Positions 32,866-42,685 of a stretch of 64,000 bases of DNA are shown here, in pieces. Within the stretch, counting starts at the first letter, position 1, and every line of letters starts with the position of its first letter. The DNA is from an uncultured Acidobacteriota bacterium (lineage in GTDB: Bacteria > Acidobacteriota > Vicinamibacteria > Fen-336), in NCBI GenBank assembly GCA_963720545.1, contig OY970399.1, positions 160,001-224,000 of the forward strand, written 5' to 3'. The notes beneath the pieces are model-generated. The model worked only from the letters and a program-made list of their open reading frames with translations. It made no database searches and had not been told where the DNA came from. The position numbers were made by a program, and so were the translations under genes.

Positions 32866-33620
32866 TGTTGAACCGCGTCAAGGCGATGCATGCGGCGGGG
32901 AAGCCCTCCTTCGGGGTGCTGGCGACGATTCCCAGTGTGCAGGTGGTGCAGGTGCTGGCGAATTCGGGGCTCGATTGGATGCTCATCGACATGGAGCATG
33001 GGCCGATCGGGCTGGATGCGGCGCACGCGATGGTCGTGGCGACTTCGGGGACGCCGATGATTCCGTTCGTGCGGGTGGCGTGGAAGAACGGGTGGCTCGC
33101 GAAGCCGGTGATGGATCTGGGTGCGCTTGGCATCGGGTTTCCGGTGGTGAAGACACGGGCGGAGGCGGAGGCGGCGGTGCGTGCGGTGCGCTATCCGCCG
33201 GTCGGTGAGCGGCTCTGGGGGCCGTTCTATGCGCCGCTGCGCTGGGGCATGTCGATGGCGGATTACATGGCGGCCGCTAATTCCGAGGTCATGGCGATCG
33301 TCGTGATCGAGCATCCGGACGCGGTGCGCAACATCGACGAGATACTCAGTGTGCCCGGGATCGACCTTGCTGTGATCGGGACCGGCGACCTCGCGAGCGC
33401 GCTCGAGGTGCCTGGGCAGTTCGATCATCCCGCGGTGGTTTCTGCCGTGGCTGCCGCCGAGGCGGCGATACTGCGGAGCAAAGTGCCGCTGTGCGGGGTC
33501 GCGCGGACTCCGGCACAGGCGCAGGCGCTGCTGGGTCGGGGGTACTTGTCGGTGATGCTCGGTTTCGACTTCTTTCACCTGCAACGTTCGATCGCGGAGT
33601 TCCTCGCCGCCCTTCATTGA
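32865..33620 (+). CDS. HpcH/HpaI aldolase family protein
   Basis: IDMEHG, VRYPPVGER, VIEHPDAVRNIDEI and IGTGDL motifs. Confidence 0.85.
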   Translation: MLNRVKAMHAAGKPSFGVLATIPSVQVVQVLANSGLDWMLIDMEHGPIGLDAAHAMVVATSGTPMIPFVRVAWKNGWLAKPVMDLGALGIGFPVVKTRAEAEAAVRAVRYPPVGERLWGPFYAPLRWGMSMADYMAAANSEVMAIVVIEHPDAVRNIDEILSVPGIDLAVIGTGDLASALEVPGQFDHPAVVSAVAAAEAAILRSKVPLCGVARTPAQAQALLGRGYLSVMLGFDFFHLQRSIAEFLAALH

Positions 33621-33664
33621 AGGGCGTGGCGTATGCTCGCGCTCCAACAGGGGAGGGCACGCCA

Positions 33665-35002
33665 ATGACGGTGGTCACGCGGCAGTTGGCCTGGAGCGCC
33701 GCTGTCGCGGCACTCGGGTCCTTTCTCTTCGGCTTCGACACCGCCGTCATCTCCGGCACCACCGACGCTCTGCGGCTGCGGTTCGGCCTGAACAGCAACC
33801 AGCTCGGGCTCACCGTGGCGAGCGCGCTGATCGGGACGATCATCGGCTCTCTCGCCGCCGGGAAGCCGGCGGAACGCTACGGGCGGCGGCCGGTGCTGGT
33901 GGCGGTGGCTGCCTTGTACATCGTTTCGGCGCTCGGCTGCGGCTTTGCATTCAATTGGTCTGCTCTCGTGATCGCGCGGCTGCTCGGTGGGCTGGGCGTC
34001 GGTGCCGCGTCGGTGGTGGCACCGCTCTACATCGCCGAGATTTCGCCCGCCGCGCTCCGCGGACGCCTGGTGGCGGTGAGCCAGTTCAACATCGTTTGCG
34101 GCATCCTGCTCGCGTACTTCTCGAACTACGTGATCGCGCAGATCGTTGGCGGGCCCGAGACGAACGCGTGGCGATACATGCTCGGCATCCAGGTGATCCC
34201 GGCGGCGATCTTCCTCTTCCTCGTGATGCGCATCCCTGAGAGCCCGCGGTGGCTGGTGAAGGAGCACCGTGCCTCCGAGGCGGTGGCGGTTCTCGGCGCA
34301 ATGGGGAACGAGGCGCCGCAGGCACTGGTTGCGGAAATCACGGCGTCCCTGCACGAAGAGTCTGTCTCGGCGAACGAGCCGCTGCTGCAGAAGAAGTACT
34401 CAAGACCCATCCTGCTCGCCGTCATGGTCGCCTCCTTCAATCAGCTTGCCGGCATCAACGCCCTCATCTACTACACCGCCGACATCTTCAGGATGGCGGG
34501 GGCAGGGCGCACCAGCGCGCTCTTGCAGTCGGTGATCATCGGCTTCACCAACCTGGTATTCACCATGATCGCGATGACGGTTATCGACCGCTACGGCCGG
34601 AAGCGGCTGCTGCTCATCGGCGCTGTCGGGCTGGCTTTTTGCCTTGGCCTCACCGCGTGGGCGTTTGCCACCGGCGCTTCAGGCACCATCGTGCTCGTGA
34701 GCCTCGTCGGCTACATCGCGTTCTTCGCGTTCTCCCAGGGCGCCGTGATCTGGGTGTACATCAGCGAGATCTTCCCCAACCGCGTGCGTGCCCGCGGCCA
34801 GGCGCTCGGCAGCTTCACGCACTGGTTCTGGGCAGCGCTCGTGAGCTGGACCTTTCCCATCATCGCCGAGGCGTCGGGGGCTGCCGCATTCGGCTTCTTC
34901 GCGGCCATGATGGTGCTGCAGTTCGTGCTGGTGCTGGTGTTCCTGCCCGAGACGAAGGGCCACTCGCTCGAGGAAATCCAGAAGCGGCTGGGGATCGCCT
35001 GA
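33665..35002 (+). CDS. MFS sugar porter
   Basis: FLFGFDTAVISG, RYGRR, YIAEISP, PESPRWL, WVYISEIFP and PETKG motifs; SD GGAGG. Confidence 0.92.
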   Translation: MTVVTRQLAWSAAVAALGSFLFGFDTAVISGTTDALRLRFGLNSNQLGLTVASALIGTIIGSLAAGKPAERYGRRPVLVAVAALYIVSALGCGFAFNWSALVIARLLGGLGVGAASVVAPLYIAEISPAALRGRLVAVSQFNIVCGILLAYFSNYVIAQIVGGPETNAWRYMLGIQVIPAAIFLFLVMRIPESPRWLVKEHRASEAVAVLGAMGNEAPQALVAEITASLHEESVSANEPLLQKKYSRPILLAVMVASFNQLAGINALIYYTADIFRMAGAGRTSALLQSVIIGFTNLVFTMIAMTVIDRYGRKRLLLIGAVGLAFCLGLTAWAFATGASGTIVLVSLVGYIAFFAFSQGAVIWVYISEIFPNRVRARGQALGSFTHWFWAALVSWTFPIIAEASGAAAFGFFAAMMVLQFVLVLVFLPETKGHSLEEIQKRLGIA

Positions 35003-36471
35003 TGTCTACGTACCACCTGGCTTTTCTCGCGCTTCTCCTGGCCTTACCCGGGCCGGCTTCATCTCCCGAACCGCTGCGGCCACTCCTGCATTTCACGCCG
35101 CCGCGCAACTTCATGAACGATCCCAACGGGCTGGTTTTCTACAAAGGGGAGTATCACCTCTTCTACCAGTACAACCCGAAGGGCACCGTTTGGGGACACA
35201 TGAGCTGGGGCCATGCGGTGAGCGCCGACATGCTCACCTGGAAGCACCTGCCGGTCGCGATGACCGAAGAGAACGGCATCATGGTGTTCTCGGGAAGCGC
35301 GGTGGTCGATCACGCCAACAGCAGCGGCTTCTGCAAGACGCAGGATGGCGACGCGTCGTGCCTGGTCGCGATCTACACCGGACACGGGCACGGCAAGCAG
35401 ACGCAGGACCTCGCGTACAGCAACGACCGCGGCCGCACGTGGACGAAGTACAAGGGCAACCCGGTGATCGACCTCGGGCTCGAGAACTTCCGCGATCCCA
35501 AGGTGTTCTGGCACGAGCCGACGAAGCGCTGGATCATGGTCACCGTGCTGGCCGACCAGCACAAAGTGCGGTTCTTCGGTTCGCGCGACCTCAAGGCCTG
35601 GGAGACGCTCAGCGACTTTGGCCCGGCCGGAGCGACAGGCGGCGTGTGGGAGTGTCCCGACCTGTTCGAACTTCCGGTGGACGGCAGCGCTTCGGAAAAG
35701 CGTTGGGTGCTCGACGTGGACATCAATCCCGGCGGGCGCGCCGGCGGTTCTGGTGGTCAGTATTTTGTCGGGACGTTCGACGGCACGCGCTTCGTCAACG
35801 ACAATCCGGCCGAACAGACCCTGTGGGTGGACTACGGCAAGGACTTCTACGCGACCACGTCTTTCGACAGCATTCCAGCCGCCGACGGGCGCCGGATCTG
35901 GATGGGCTGGATCAGCAACTGGCTCTACGCGAACGAGGAACCGACGCGCAAGTGGCGCGGCGCGCAGTCGCTGCCGCGCGAGGTCGGGTTGCGGCGCATG
36001 CCCGAAGGCGTGCGCCTCGTGCAGGCGCCGGTTCGCGAAATCGTGACGCGGCGTTCGTCCGCACCTGTGGCGGTGAACAGCGCCGCGCCACTGCCGGCGG
36101 CTGCCGACATCGAGTTCATTGCCACACGCGGCGACTGGCGCGAAGCCGGCGTGCGACTCTTCAACCAGAAAGGGGAGTCGCTCAGCCTCGGCATCGCCGC
36201 GGACCCACTCGAGGTATTCGTTGATCGCACACAGGCTCGTTCCGCACCATCCCACAAGGAGTATCCCGGCAGGCATTCCGGACCGGTACGCTGGCGCGAT
36301 GAACGCGTGACGCTGCGGGTCGTCTACGACCGCTCGGTCGTCGAAATCTTCGTGAACGACGGCGAGGCGGTGGTGACCGAGCGCTTCTATCCGGCCACTC
36401 CCTTCACGTCGATCGAGCCGCTGCCGGGGAAGGGCCTGTCCGGGCCGGTGCGGATGTGGGAGTTGCGGTAG
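35002..36471 (+). CDS. Secreted GH32 beta-fructofuranosidase/levanase-like enzyme
   Basis: Signal peptide; catalytic MNDPNG, FRDP and WECPD motifs; SVVEIF in the C-domain. Confidence 0.92.
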   Translation: MSTYHLAFLALLLALPGPASSPEPLRPLLHFTPPRNFMNDPNGLVFYKGEYHLFYQYNPKGTVWGHMSWGHAVSADMLTWKHLPVAMTEENGIMVFSGSAVVDHANSSGFCKTQDGDASCLVAIYTGHGHGKQTQDLAYSNDRGRTWTKYKGNPVIDLGLENFRDPKVFWHEPTKRWIMVTVLADQHKVRFFGSRDLKAWETLSDFGPAGATGGVWECPDLFELPVDGSASEKRWVLDVDINPGGRAGGSGGQYFVGTFDGTRFVNDNPAEQTLWVDYGKDFYATTSFDSIPAADGRRIWMGWISNWLYANEEPTRKWRGAQSLPREVGLRRMPEGVRLVQAPVREIVTRRSSAPVAVNSAAPLPAAADIEFIATRGDWREAGVRLFNQKGESLSLGIAADPLEVFVDRTQARSAPSHKEYPGRHSGPVRWRDERVTLRVVYDRSVVEIFVNDGEAVVTERFYPATPFTSIEPLPGKGLSGPVRMWELR

Positions 36472-36553
36472 GGGAGGCCTGTCCCCCGTCCTGAGGCGAG
36501 GACATCCAGCCAATCAGACGCTGCATAAACCCTTACCCTTGAAGAAGTGCGGC

Positions 36554-36569
36554 TGGCACTCTTCCTGCT
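36554..36569 (+). promoter_or_regulatory. Putative sigma-54 (-24/-12) promoter of the outer-membrane barrel gene
   Basis: TGGCAC-TCTTC-CTGCT, with GG and GC separated by exactly 10 nt. Confidence 0.6.
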
Positions 36570-36647
36570 CTGTTCCTGGCCGTGCGATGCCCGCACATTT
36601 GTTGACGAAACACACAATCCACCACAGGGCATCGCGAAAGGAGCGTC

Positions 36648-37337
36648 ATGCGCCGTCTTGCCGCGTTGTTCGCACTGGGGATGTTCATTTCCGCCGCCGA
36701 CACTGCCCGCGCCGCCGGCCTCGACCTGCGGCTCGGCGCGTTCACGCCCAAGGCCGAGAGCAGCCTCTTCAGGGACGACTCGGAGCTGTACACCGTCTCG
36801 AAGCGTGACTGGCGCGGCCTGACCGGCGGGGCCGAGTACAACTTCAACATCTCGCCCAACGTCGAGTTCGGCATCAGCCTCGACGGTTATTCGAAGAGCA
36901 TCGACACCGTGTATCGCGACTTCGTCGGCGACAACGACCGCGACGTGCCGCAGACCCTGCGCCTCACCGCGGTGCCGCTCGGCGTCAACCTGCGCTTCGT
37001 GCCGTCGCGCCGCATGTCGATCATGCCGTACGCGGCCGTGGGCGCCGACCTGTTCTTCTACAAGTACGAGGAGTTCGGCGAGTTCATCGACTTCCAGGAT
37101 CCGACGCTGCCGATCGTGTCCGATGCGTTCGAGACGAATGGTGTCGCGCCGGGCGTGCATGTCGCCGGCGGCCTGCGTATTCCGCTCAACTACGACTTCG
37201 CCCTCACCGTGGAAGGCAAGTACCAGTGGGCGAAGGACGATCTCGGAGACGACTTCCGCCCGCAGCCCAACCAGGCGCCGCTCAACCTCGACCTCACCGG
37301 CTGGAGCGTCACGGCGGGAGTGAACATCCGCTTCTAG
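36648..37337 (+). CDS. Outer-membrane beta-barrel protein (8-stranded OmpW/OmpA-like)
   Basis: Signal peptide, alternating amphipathic strands, C-terminal VNIRF BAM signal; SD AAGGAG. Confidence 0.8.
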   Translation: MRRLAALFALGMFISAADTARAAGLDLRLGAFTPKAESSLFRDDSELYTVSKRDWRGLTGGAEYNFNISPNVEFGISLDGYSKSIDTVYRDFVGDNDRDVPQTLRLTAVPLGVNLRFVPSRRMSIMPYAAVGADLFFYKYEEFGEFIDFQDPTLPIVSDAFETNGVAPGVHVAGGLRIPLNYDFALTVEGKYQWAKDDLGDDFRPQPNQAPLNLDLTGWSVTAGVNIRF

Positions 37338-37387
37338 CGTTCCGCGTTCGCCGTTGAAAATGCGGGGGCACGGTACCATCGCCTGAG

Positions 37388-39094
37388 ATGGCATGGCCCG
37401 GCCCCCGCCGGCTCCTCAAGAGCTACCAGATACCGAAGTCGCTCCCGATCGACCTCGGGCTCCTCGCCGCAGTCGGCTTCCTCGCATCGTTCCTGCTGCT
37501 CGGCACCTCTTCGCTGCGTCCCTACAACGCGGCCGGCCTCGACACCAGCCCCTCGCTGCTGCCGCTCTACCTGATGTTGTCGCTCGCACGGCTCGGGCTC
37601 GCCTACGCTGTGGCGCTGCTGCTGGCGCTCGCCGTCGGCAACTGGGCGGCGCGCTCGGCGTTTGCGCGGCGGCTGATCCTGCCGATCCTCGACGTGCTGC
37701 AGTCGGTGCCGATCCTCGGCTTCTTCCCGGTGGCGGTCGGCTTCTTCATCGCGCTTTTTCGCGGCTCCGGCCTGGGGGTCGAGGCAGCCGCGGTGTTCCT
37801 GATCTTCACGTCGATGTTCTGGAACATGGCGTTCGGCGTCTACGAGAGCCTCATCACCATTCCCGAAGACCTGACGGCCGTCTCCAACCAGCTCGGCCTG
37901 CACGGCCGGCTGCGCTGGAGCCGCCTCTACCTGCCGGCGATCGTGCCCGGCCTCCTCTACAACTCGCTCGTCTCGTGGGCCAACGGCTGGTACTTCCTGA
38001 TCGCGAGCGAGATCATCGCGGTCGGCCCCGCGCGCTACACGCTGCCGGGCCTCGGCAGCTACCTTGCCGAGGCGGTGGCCGAGGGACGCAGCAACCAGAC
38101 CACGCTCGCGCTCGTCACGCTGCTTTTGACCACCGTCTCTATGCATCTCCTGCTGTGGAGCCCGCTCGCCACCTGGGCTGAACGCTTTCGGCTCGACGAA
38201 TCGGGCGACCGGCCGCGCATTCCGCTCGTGGCGCGCACCCTCGGGCGCAGCCAGATCATCCGCTTCATCACCCGTCACGTCGCGATCCCGGGCGGGCAGC
38301 AGGCCCTGGCCCTTGGCGGGCGTGTGCTCGACGCGATGGGCCGCCACGGCCGCTTCATCGGCGTCGGTCTCGCGCTCGTCGTGCTGCCGGTGGGCGGCCT
38401 CTTCTTCTGGCGCGTGGCGCAGCTGTTCCTGGCGCGGCCGCTGTCGGCGGAGCTGAACCTCATCCCGCTCGACCTGTTCCTCAGCCTGCTGCGGGTCGCC
38501 GCCGGCGTTGCGCTCAGCGTCGCGCTGGCGCTGCCGCTTGCGTACTGGCTCGGCCGCAGGCCGGACTGGCGCAACCCGTCGCTCGCCGTCATCCAGATCC
38601 TCGCGAGCCTGCCCGCGACGGCGTTCTTCCCGCTCATCGTCGTGCTGGTCACCTGGGGGCTGGGCATGAACGCGGCCGCGGTGCTGCTCGCGATGACGAC
38701 GATGTTCTGGTACGTGCTCTTCAACGTGCTCGGCGCCGCGACCGCGCTGCCGAAGGAACTGCGCGAGGTGTCGGCGAGCCTGGGGCTGCGCCGCACGCTC
38801 TTCCTCAGGAGGGTGTTCGTGCCGGCCGTGCTGCCCGGCCTCATCACCGGCTGCATCACCGCGTGGGGCGCCGGCTGGAACGCGATGATCCTCTGCGAGT
38901 ACATCGACATCCAGGGCCGCGTGCTGCGGGTGCGCGGCATCGGCGCGGCGCTCGATCACGCGACCTACAACACCGGCGACATGCAGGTGGTGGCGGCTTG
39001 CCTGCTGGCGATGGTGATCCTCATCGTGCTGGTCAACCGCGTCTTCTGGGATCCGCTCTACCAGTATGCCGCGCGCTTTAAGATGGAACTTTGA
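37388..39094 (+). CDS. ABC transporter permease with duplicated TM domain (NitT/TauT-like)
   Basis: LDVLQSVPILGFFP, WANGWYFLIASE; second half LASLPATAFFP...WGAGWNA. Confidence 0.88.
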   Translation: MAWPGPRRLLKSYQIPKSLPIDLGLLAAVGFLASFLLLGTSSLRPYNAAGLDTSPSLLPLYLMLSLARLGLAYAVALLLALAVGNWAARSAFARRLILPILDVLQSVPILGFFPVAVGFFIALFRGSGLGVEAAAVFLIFTSMFWNMAFGVYESLITIPEDLTAVSNQLGLHGRLRWSRLYLPAIVPGLLYNSLVSWANGWYFLIASEIIAVGPARYTLPGLGSYLAEAVAEGRSNQTTLALVTLLLTTVSMHLLLWSPLATWAERFRLDESGDRPRIPLVARTLGRSQIIRFITRHVAIPGGQQALALGGRVLDAMGRHGRFIGVGLALVVLPVGGLFFWRVAQLFLARPLSAELNLIPLDLFLSLLRVAAGVALSVALALPLAYWLGRRPDWRNPSLAVIQILASLPATAFFPLIVVLVTWGLGMNAAAVLLAMTTMFWYVLFNVLGAATALPKELREVSASLGLRRTLFLRRVFVPAVLPGLITGCITAWGAGWNAMILCEYIDIQGRVLRVRGIGAALDHATYNTGDMQVVAACLLAMVILIVLVNRVFWDPLYQYAARFKMEL

Positions 39095-39885
39095 CAACCC
39101 CCGGCCTGCCACTCACAACACCTGCGGCCGATAGCCCACGACGCGTCCTGGTACGGGCGGAGGCCGTCGAGCAGCTCTACGACAAGAAGATAGCCATCCT
39201 CGGGCCGCTCGACCTCGACGTGTTCGAGGGCGAGTTCCTGGCGCTCGTCGGCCCGTCCGGCGGCGGCAAGAGCACCCTGCTGCGTCTGGTGGCCGGGCTC
39301 CTGAAGCCGTCGCGCGGCGTGATCCGTGTGGGCGGCAAGCCGCTGCGCGGCGTCAACCGCCAGGCGGCCGTGGTCTTCCAGTCGTTCGCGCTCTTTCCGT
39401 GGATGAGCGTCATCGACAACGTTTCGGTGGGGCTGGAGGCCGCCGGCTTCGCGCTGCGCGAGCGCCTGCGGCGCGCGGAGAAGTACATCCACCTGACCGG
39501 GCTCACGGGCTACGAGCGCGCCTATCCGAAGGAACTGTCGCGCGGCATGAAGCAGCTCGTCGGCATCGCCCGCGCGCTGGCGCTCGAGCCGGAGCTTCTA
39601 TGTCTCGACGAGCCGTTCTCGGCGCTCGACGTGCTCACCGCGCGCACCATCCGCGAGCGCATGGTGGAGCTGTGGGGGTCCGCCGCCGTGCCGACCAAGA
39701 GCATCCTGCTCGTCACCCACAGCATCGAGGAGGCGGCGCTGCTCGCCGACCGCGTCGTGATCCTGCGCGGCCATCCGGGACTCGTCGTCGAGTCGCTCGA
39801 CCTGCTGCGCCTGCCCCGTCCGAGGAATGCGGAGAGCCCCGCGCTGCGCGAGGTGGTGGACCGCATGTATTCGCTTCTCGCGTGA
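39091..39885 (+). CDS. ABC ATPase (NitT/TauT-like)
   Basis: GPSGGGKST, LSRGMKQ (variant signature), LDEPFSALD and VTH motifs. Confidence 0.9.
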   Translation: MTTPGLPLTTPAADSPRRVLVRAEAVEQLYDKKIAILGPLDLDVFEGEFLALVGPSGGGKSTLLRLVAGLLKPSRGVIRVGGKPLRGVNRQAAVVFQSFALFPWMSVIDNVSVGLEAAGFALRERLRRAEKYIHLTGLTGYERAYPKELSRGMKQLVGIARALALEPELLCLDEPFSALDVLTARTIRERMVELWGSAAVPTKSILLVTHSIEEAALLADRVVILRGHPGLVVESLDLLRLPRPRNAESPALREVVDRMYSLLA

Positions 39886-39907
39886 GCGTCAAGAAGGAGC
39901 ATTGCCC

Positions 39908-40393
39908 ATGGGTCCTGGCTTAGCCCCGCTGCCGCACGCGTCGATCGCCACCATCATCGGCCTGCTCGACCATCTCGAGCACACCGCGGCGCACCGCGAG
40001 GACGTCTACAAGCTGGGCGGCCCTCTCGGCTTCGAGCTCGACGACCTGTTGCCGGTGACCGAGGCGGCCAAGAAGCTCGGCCTCGTGACCATCACCGGCG
40101 GCGACATCACGCTCACCGCCGAAGGTTTGACCGTCGCGCAGGGGAGCGAGGAGCTGCGCAAGAAGAGGCTGCGGCGGAAGGTGGAGAAACTGCCGCTCGT
40201 GGCCCGCATCCGCCGTGCCTTGGTGAGCGAGAGCACAGGCCGGGTGGCACGCAAGGACCTGCTGGAGCCGCTGGAGGAGCAGTTCTCGCCCATGGAGGCG
40301 AGCCGCCAGCTGCAGACGGCGCTGGAATGGGCGCGCTACACCGGGCTTTTCGACTTCGACGCCGACGCCGAGGACTTCGTACTGCCCGAATGA
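39908..40393 (+). CDS. Stand-alone AAA-associated C-terminal domain of nitrate/sulfonate-type ABC ATPases
   Basis: LPHAS...GLL...DDLLP.EAA..LG...QLQTALEWARY..LFDFD; own SD AAGGAG. Confidence 0.75.
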   Translation: MGPGLAPLPHASIATIIGLLDHLEHTAAHREDVYKLGGPLGFELDDLLPVTEAAKKLGLVTITGGDITLTAEGLTVAQGSEELRKKRLRRKVEKLPLVARIRRALVSESTGRVARKDLLEPLEEQFSPMEASRQLQTALEWARYTGLFDFDADAEDFVLPE

Positions 40394-40441
40394 GGAGTTT
40401 GCTACCATGACGAAGACGGGTACTCAGGCGAGGGATATCTA

Positions 40442-42145
40442 ATGTTCAAGGCCTTGTTCGAGCGCAAACGGCGGCTGGCAGCCATCTGTCTCGGCCTTGT
40501 CGTGGGTTCGAGCCTTCTCGGCGGCTTCATCGGCAGCCGCGTGCTTGCCGGCGGCGACCAGGTGTCGCAGAACCTGCGGACCTACACGGCCATCGTCTCG
40601 GCCATCCAGGGCCAGTACTTCGAGGAAGTGAAGCCCGAACTTTTCGTGACCTCGTCGATCCGCGAGATGCTGCGCTCGCTCGACCCGCACTCGACGCTCT
40701 ACGAGGTGCGCGCCTACGCGCAGCTGCAGGAGCGCCAGAAGGGCACGTACTACGGCCTCGGCATCACGGTGCAGTCGGTGGACGGCAACATCACCGTGGT
40801 CGCGCCGTTCGAGGGCACGCCGGCGCACCGGCTCGGCATCCGTGCCGGCGACATCATCAGCCGCATCAGCGGCGAGGACGCGCGCGGCCTGACGATCGAC
40901 GAGGCGGTGAAGAAGCTGAAGGGACCGAAGGGCAGCTCCGTGGACATCACCGTGGTGCGCGAGGGCTACGACACGCCGCTCGAGTTCAGCGTCATCCGCG
41001 ACGAGGTCCGGCTGCACGCGGTGCCCTACTACTTCATGGCCGGTTCGAAGACGGGCTATATCCGCCTCACCGACTTCAACGAGCTCACCGCCTGCCGCCC
41101 GGGCGAGGGCAGCGGCTGTGAGCGCGAGCTGGAGACGGCGCTGCGCTCCCTGAAGGAAGACGGCGCCACCTCCATCGTCCTCGACATCCGCGACAACCCC
41201 GGCGGCCTGCTCGACCAGGCATTCGCGGTCTCGAACCTGTTCCTGAAGAAGGGCCAGATGGTGGTGTTCACCAAGGGGCGAACGAAGCGCGACGAGTCCA
41301 ACTACATTACCGAACAGGACAGCCCGTTCGCCGACCTGCCGCTGGTGGTCGTCACCTCGCGGCACACGGCGAGCGCTTCGGAAATCGTCGCCGGCGCCAT
41401 CCAGGACCACGACCGCGGCCTGATCGTCGGCGAGACCACCTTCGGCAAGGGCCTGGTGCAGACCGTCATGCCGCTGCGCAACGTGCGCGGCTACGGCCTC
41501 GCGCTCACCACCGCGCGCTACTACACGCCGTCCGGCCGCTCGATCCAGCGCGACTACGGCAACACCTCCTACGAAGACTATGTCTCGCCGCGCGACCGCA
41601 AGGCCTGCGACGTGGGCGACAGCGACGCCAAGCTCACCGACGCCGGCCGCAAGGTGCTGGGCGGCGACGGCATCACCCCCGACTATTGCGTCGAACCCGA
41701 GACGCTCTCGAAATTCGTCTCCAACCTGGTGTCGCGCGGCGTCTTCCGCGACGTCTCGAGCCACTACGTGGTGAAGGACGGCAACAGCACGCAGATCGCG
41801 GGCGCCGGCTCGCGCTCCAAGGTCGAGTCGGCCCGCATCACTGCCATCGCCAAGGAGTGGGAAGTGGACGACGCCGCCTTCCGCGACCTCGAAGAGGTGC
41901 TGAAGAAGCGGCAGATCGCGTTCGAGCCCGCGGACATCGAGCAGAACCGCGAAGCGCTGCGCCGCCAGATGCTCTACGAGGTGCTGCTGCAGACATACGG
42001 CGAGGGCCTGGCGCGCGAGCGCACGCTGGCGTTCGATCCGCAGGTGCAGAAAGCAGTCTCGCTGGTGTCGAAGGCGGCGCTGCTGCTGAAGGACCCCAAG
42101 CAATACATCGCCCAGGACACCACCTCGACGGTGGCGCTCCGCTAG
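40442..42145 (+). CDS. ctpA: S41A carboxyl-terminal processing protease with PDZ domain
   Basis: LDPHS, YGLGI, DIRDNPGGLL, TASASEIVAGA, TFGKG and YYTPSGRSIQ motifs. Confidence 0.92.
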   Translation: MFKALFERKRRLAAICLGLVVGSSLLGGFIGSRVLAGGDQVSQNLRTYTAIVSAIQGQYFEEVKPELFVTSSIREMLRSLDPHSTLYEVRAYAQLQERQKGTYYGLGITVQSVDGNITVVAPFEGTPAHRLGIRAGDIISRISGEDARGLTIDEAVKKLKGPKGSSVDITVVREGYDTPLEFSVIRDEVRLHAVPYYFMAGSKTGYIRLTDFNELTACRPGEGSGCERELETALRSLKEDGATSIVLDIRDNPGGLLDQAFAVSNLFLKKGQMVVFTKGRTKRDESNYITEQDSPFADLPLVVVTSRHTASASEIVAGAIQDHDRGLIVGETTFGKGLVQTVMPLRNVRGYGLALTTARYYTPSGRSIQRDYGNTSYEDYVSPRDRKACDVGDSDAKLTDAGRKVLGGDGITPDYCVEPETLSKFVSNLVSRGVFRDVSSHYVVKDGNSTQIAGAGSRSKVESARITAIAKEWEVDDAAFRDLEEVLKKRQIAFEPADIEQNREALRRQMLYEVLLQTYGEGLARERTLAFDPQVQKAVSLVSKAALLLKDPKQYIAQDTTSTVALR

Positions 42146-42657
42146 AAGGGGTTGTGGCCCTCGCCGTCGGGGTCGATGTAGACCTCGGCGGCTTCGCGGG
42201 TGGTGCCGGCCGACGTCAGGCTGGTGAGCACCTGGTGGCCGATGCGGATGTTGTTGCCGGTGAAGCCGCCGGTCGAGTGGCGCGCGAAGTGCGGGTCGTA
42301 GACACGCACCTCATAGGCAGGCAGGCCCGCGGGCGGGTAGTTCACGGGCACGCCCAGTGCCGTGCCGCGCCAGATGAAGCCGGTGGCATCGCGCTGCAAC
42401 GCGAACTCGGTGCCGGCGCGCGCCCAGCTGGCGAAGAAGACCACCGGGTCGTCGCACTTCGAAGCGTCGTTATTGCACCCGGCCTGCTGGCGGTACTCGA
42501 TCGAGACCTTCACCAGCTGGGTTGTGGGGACGCTCGGCGGATCCTCGGGACCGGTGAGGTGGAAGTCGTAGCAGGACGCGCCCGAGACGGCCGCGAGCAC
42601 CAGTGCGGACGAGATCACAATGCGGCGCCGGGAGCGCTGGAACGAGCCGGTCGACAT
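42142..42657 (-). CDS. Hypothetical lipoprotein
   Basis: RSRRR n-region, hydrophobic h-region and GASC lipobox-like motif; stop overlaps the ctpA stop (CTAG). Confidence 0.65.
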   Translation of the reverse strand: MSTGSFQRSRRRIVISSALVLAAVSGASCYDFHLTGPEDPPSVPTTQLVKVSIEYRQQAGCNNDASKCDDPVVFFASWARAGTEFALQRDATGFIWRGTALGVPVNYPPAGLPAYEVRVYDPHFARHSTGGFTGNNIRIGHQVLTSLTSAGTTREAAEVYIDPDGEGHNPF

Positions 42658-42685
42658 CGTCGTTGATGCTACCATGGCCTTCCTC

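Noticed and set aside
36485..36510. GTCCTGAGGCGAGGAC stem as a possible hammerhead ribozyme
   Set aside because: It lacks the CUGANGA core and a properly placed GAAA.
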